In this document: piece by piece, positions 49,638-51,692 of the stretch
Layout: each line of letters starts with the position of its first letter
How positions within the stretch are numbered: position 1 is the stretch's first letter
Origin: Candidatus Woesearchaeota archaeon
GTDB taxonomy: Archaea > Nanobdellota > Nanobdellia > SCGC-AAA011-G17 > GW2011-AR17
DNA length: 51,692 nucleotides
Assembly: GCA_017608525.1 (NCBI GenBank)
Contig: JAFCFS010000004.1
Span: 1-51,692 of the forward strand
Direction of reading: 5' to 3'
Made by a program: the position numbers and the translations under genes
Notes under the pieces: model-generated
The model's database searches: none
What the model was told of the DNA's origin: nothing
Seen by the model: the letters and a program-made list of their open reading frames with translations, nothing else

Positions 49638-51230
49638 ATGAGAGGCTATTACAAATTCAAAAATGAACCCCTTCCGGATTTTACAAACAAGAATGAAAGA
49701 AAGAAAATGAAAAAAGCAATTGAGAAAGTTAGAAAAGAATTTGGAACACTATACTCAATAGTAATCGGCGGCATACCTTTCGAGAGTGACAAAACTTTTT
49801 ATTCGATAAATCCAAACAAACCTTCAGAAATTATAGGCGAATTTTTTGTGGCAAACAAAGATCATATAGATACTGCAGTTGATGTTGCAAAGGATGCATT
49901 AAAAAAATGGAGAAATAAGAGTTTGGAAGAGAGAGCAGAGCACTTATTTAGACTTGCGAAAGTTTTGAAAAAGAAGAAATACGAAATCTCTGCATTAATG
50001 GTTTTGGAGGTTGGGAAGAACTGGTTGGAAGCAGTAGCTGACATAAATGAACTAATCGATTTTTGCAATTTTTACGGAAAGGAAGCTGTAAGACTAAGCA
50101 AAACAAAGCCAAGGGATATGGAAACAGAAGAAATCGATTTTAGATATGAGCCAATAGGCGTTGGGGCCATAATTGCTCCTTGGAATTTTCCTTCTGCAAT
50201 TCTTGGAGGGATGACAACAGCAGCAATAGTTATGGGAAATGCTGTTTTGATGAAACCGGCAAGTGACGCGCCAGCTACTGCATATGCTTTTTTCAAGGCC
50301 CTAAATGAAGCAGGCATACCCCTCGGAGTTGTTAACTATATCACGGGAAGTGGTGGAATAACAGGAAATGCAATACTTGAGCATGATGAAATAAAATTTA
50401 TCGCATTCACTGGATCAAGAGACGTTGGTAAAAAAATTTATGAAAAAATAGCAAAGCCGGGAAAAAGGCACTTTAAAGTTGTTCCACTTTTGGAAATGGG
50501 TGGTAAGGACGGAATTATTGTTGCCGAAGATGCTGATCTAAATTTAGCATTAGAAGAAGTAATAAAATCAGCTTTTGGATATCAGGGACAAAAATGTTCG
50601 GCTTGCTCAAGATTAATTGTAGAGAAAAGCGTATACGACAAATTTTTAGAAATGCTTGTTGATGCAACAAAGAAAATCAAAGTAGGTCCTGTAGAATTTT
50701 ACGAAAATTATATGGGTGCTGTAATAAATAAAAAGGCTGAAGAAAAAATTCTGAGATACATTGAGATTGGGAAGAAAGAAGGCAAATTATTGACAGGAGG
50801 AAAAAAGGTTAAAGATTTGGAAGGCTATGTAATAGAGCCGACAATATTTGCGGATGTTGATCCAGATGCAAGAATAGCACAAGAAGAGATATTTGGGCCT
50901 GTTCTGGCAGTGATAAAAGCTGAAAACTTTGAAGATGCTATAAGAATAATGAACAATACCGAATATGGTTTAACAGCTTCAGTCTTTACAACAGACAAGA
51001 AAAAGATAGAAAAAGCTGCAAATGAAATAGATGTAGGAAACTTATACTTCAATAGAAAATGTACAGGGGCATTGGTTTATTACCATCCGTTTGGTGGGAG
51101 AAACATGTCTGGAATTTATAAAAAGGCAGGAGGATTTGATACATTAGTCAATTTTTCAGCACCAAAATCGATAGGAATTAGGAAAGGAACATACAAGAAT
51201 TCAGAAAAACAGAGAAACATTTATAAATAA
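49638..51230 (+). CDS. rocA: 1-pyrroline-5-carboxylate (glutamate-5-semialdehyde) dehydrogenase
   Basis: It has the RocA-like N-terminus FKNEPLPDFTN and the ALDH motifs APWNFP, LEMGGKD (catalytic Glu), GQKCSACSR (catalytic Cys) and EEIFGPV. The start is ATG 49638, behind GGAGGTG. Confidence 0.85.
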   Translation: MRGYYKFKNEPLPDFTNKNERKKMKKAIEKVRKEFGTLYSIVIGGIPFESDKTFYSINPNKPSEIIGEFFVANKDHIDTAVDVAKDALKKWRNKSLEERAEHLFRLAKVLKKKKYEISALMVLEVGKNWLEAVADINELIDFCNFYGKEAVRLSKTKPRDMETEEIDFRYEPIGVGAIIAPWNFPSAILGGMTTAAIVMGNAVLMKPASDAPATAYAFFKALNEAGIPLGVVNYITGSGGITGNAILEHDEIKFIAFTGSRDVGKKIYEKIAKPGKRHFKVVPLLEMGGKDGIIVAEDADLNLALEEVIKSAFGYQGQKCSACSRLIVEKSVYDKFLEMLVDATKKIKVGPVEFYENYMGAVINKKAEEKILRYIEIGKKEGKLLTGGKKVKDLEGYVIEPTIFADVDPDARIAQEEIFGPVLAVIKAENFEDAIRIMNNTEYGLTASVFTTDKKKIEKAANEIDVGNLYFNRKCTGALVYYHPFGGRNMSGIYKKAGGFDTLVNFSAPKSIGIRKGTYKNSEKQRNIYK

Positions 51231-51285
51231 TAGCATTTTCCTTATTAAAAATTAAATTTTATATTTTTAACAGGGGGAATTTGCT

Positions 51286-51692
51286 ATGGCAAAACAAAAA
51301 CCGCATTTGAATATCGTATTTGTAGGACATGTAGATCACGGAAAATCGACAACAATAGGTAGGCTTTTATACGACACCGGTGGAATAGACGAGCAAACAA
51401 TGAAGAAACTACAGGAAAAAGCACAGGAAGTAGGTAAGGTTGGTTTCGAATTTGCTTTTGTTATGGACAATCTAAGAGAAGAAAGAGAGAGAGGACTAAC
51501 AATTGATTTGTCACATAAAAAATTTATAACCAATAACTATGAGTATACAATAATAGATGCCCCGGGACATCAAGATTTTATTAAGAACATGATTACCGGA
51601 GCTGCACAAGCAGACATAGCATTTTTAGTGGTTGCAGCAACAGAAGGTGTAATGGCCCAAACAAAAGAGCACCTGATTTTATGTAAAACATT
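51286..51692 (+). CDS. tuf: Translation elongation factor EF-1 alpha, N-terminal part (runs off the window end)
   Basis: My translation is [29 protein letters not shown]...[20 protein letters not shown]. The G1 and G3 motifs are of the archaeal EF-1alpha type. Confidence 0.95.
   Translation, partial: MAKQKPHLNIVFVGHVDHGKSTTIGRLLYDTGGIDEQTMKKLQEKAQEVGKVGFEFAFVMDNLREERERGLTIDLSHKKFITNNYEYTIIDAPGHQDFIKNMITGAAQADIAFLVVAATEGVMAQTKEHLILCKT

Overview
This is an AT-rich (about 30% GC by eye) archaeal chromosome segment with dense coding and short or overlapping gene junctions. The archaeal assignment rests on several features. The 16S 5' end is archaeal-type and the operon is 16S-tRNAAla-23S with long flanking processing stems. 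Two tRNAs carry introns. GatD/GatE, EF-1alpha, Mre11/Rad50, FtsZ, an ATP-dependent DNA ligase and aRNase J are present, and TATA-like promoters are visible. Structural RNAs stand out as GC-rich islands (about 55-60% GC). Housekeeping genes fill roughly 7.6-36 kb. The accessory content falls into four groups. (i) Large secreted, Cys-rich or heavily sequon-decorated surface proteins lie at 1-3 kb, 9-12 kb and 15.6-17 kb. (ii) A RidA / acyl-CoA dehydrogenase / methionine-gamma-lyase-like trio lies at 3.1-5.8 kb. (iii) A near-complete bacterial-type lysine fermentation cluster lies at 36-46 kb. It holds kce, kal, kdd, kamA, a P-loop protein, a MutS-domain-V ATPase, kamD and kamE, plus a DMT transporter and a beta-solenoid protein. 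(iv) Directly behind it on the same strand sits a second KamA-family radical SAM enzyme. It has a long N-terminal extension and glutamate-2,3-aminomutase-type substrate residues, and it is followed by ornithine aminotransferase and P5C dehydrogenase. Items (iii) and (iv), read as one roughly 15 kb amino-acid fermentation / beta-amino-acid module in an archaeon, are the most interesting system here. Other points worth a second look are an unassigned GC-rich structured RNA candidate downstream of ftsZ, a T-loop intron in tRNA-Ala, a 50-nt intron in tRNA-Tyr and a Zn-ribbon insertion in the DNA ligase. I saw no CRISPR array, transposase, integrase or 5S rRNA. All calls come from reading the sequence and translations and from remembered family motifs; no searches were run.
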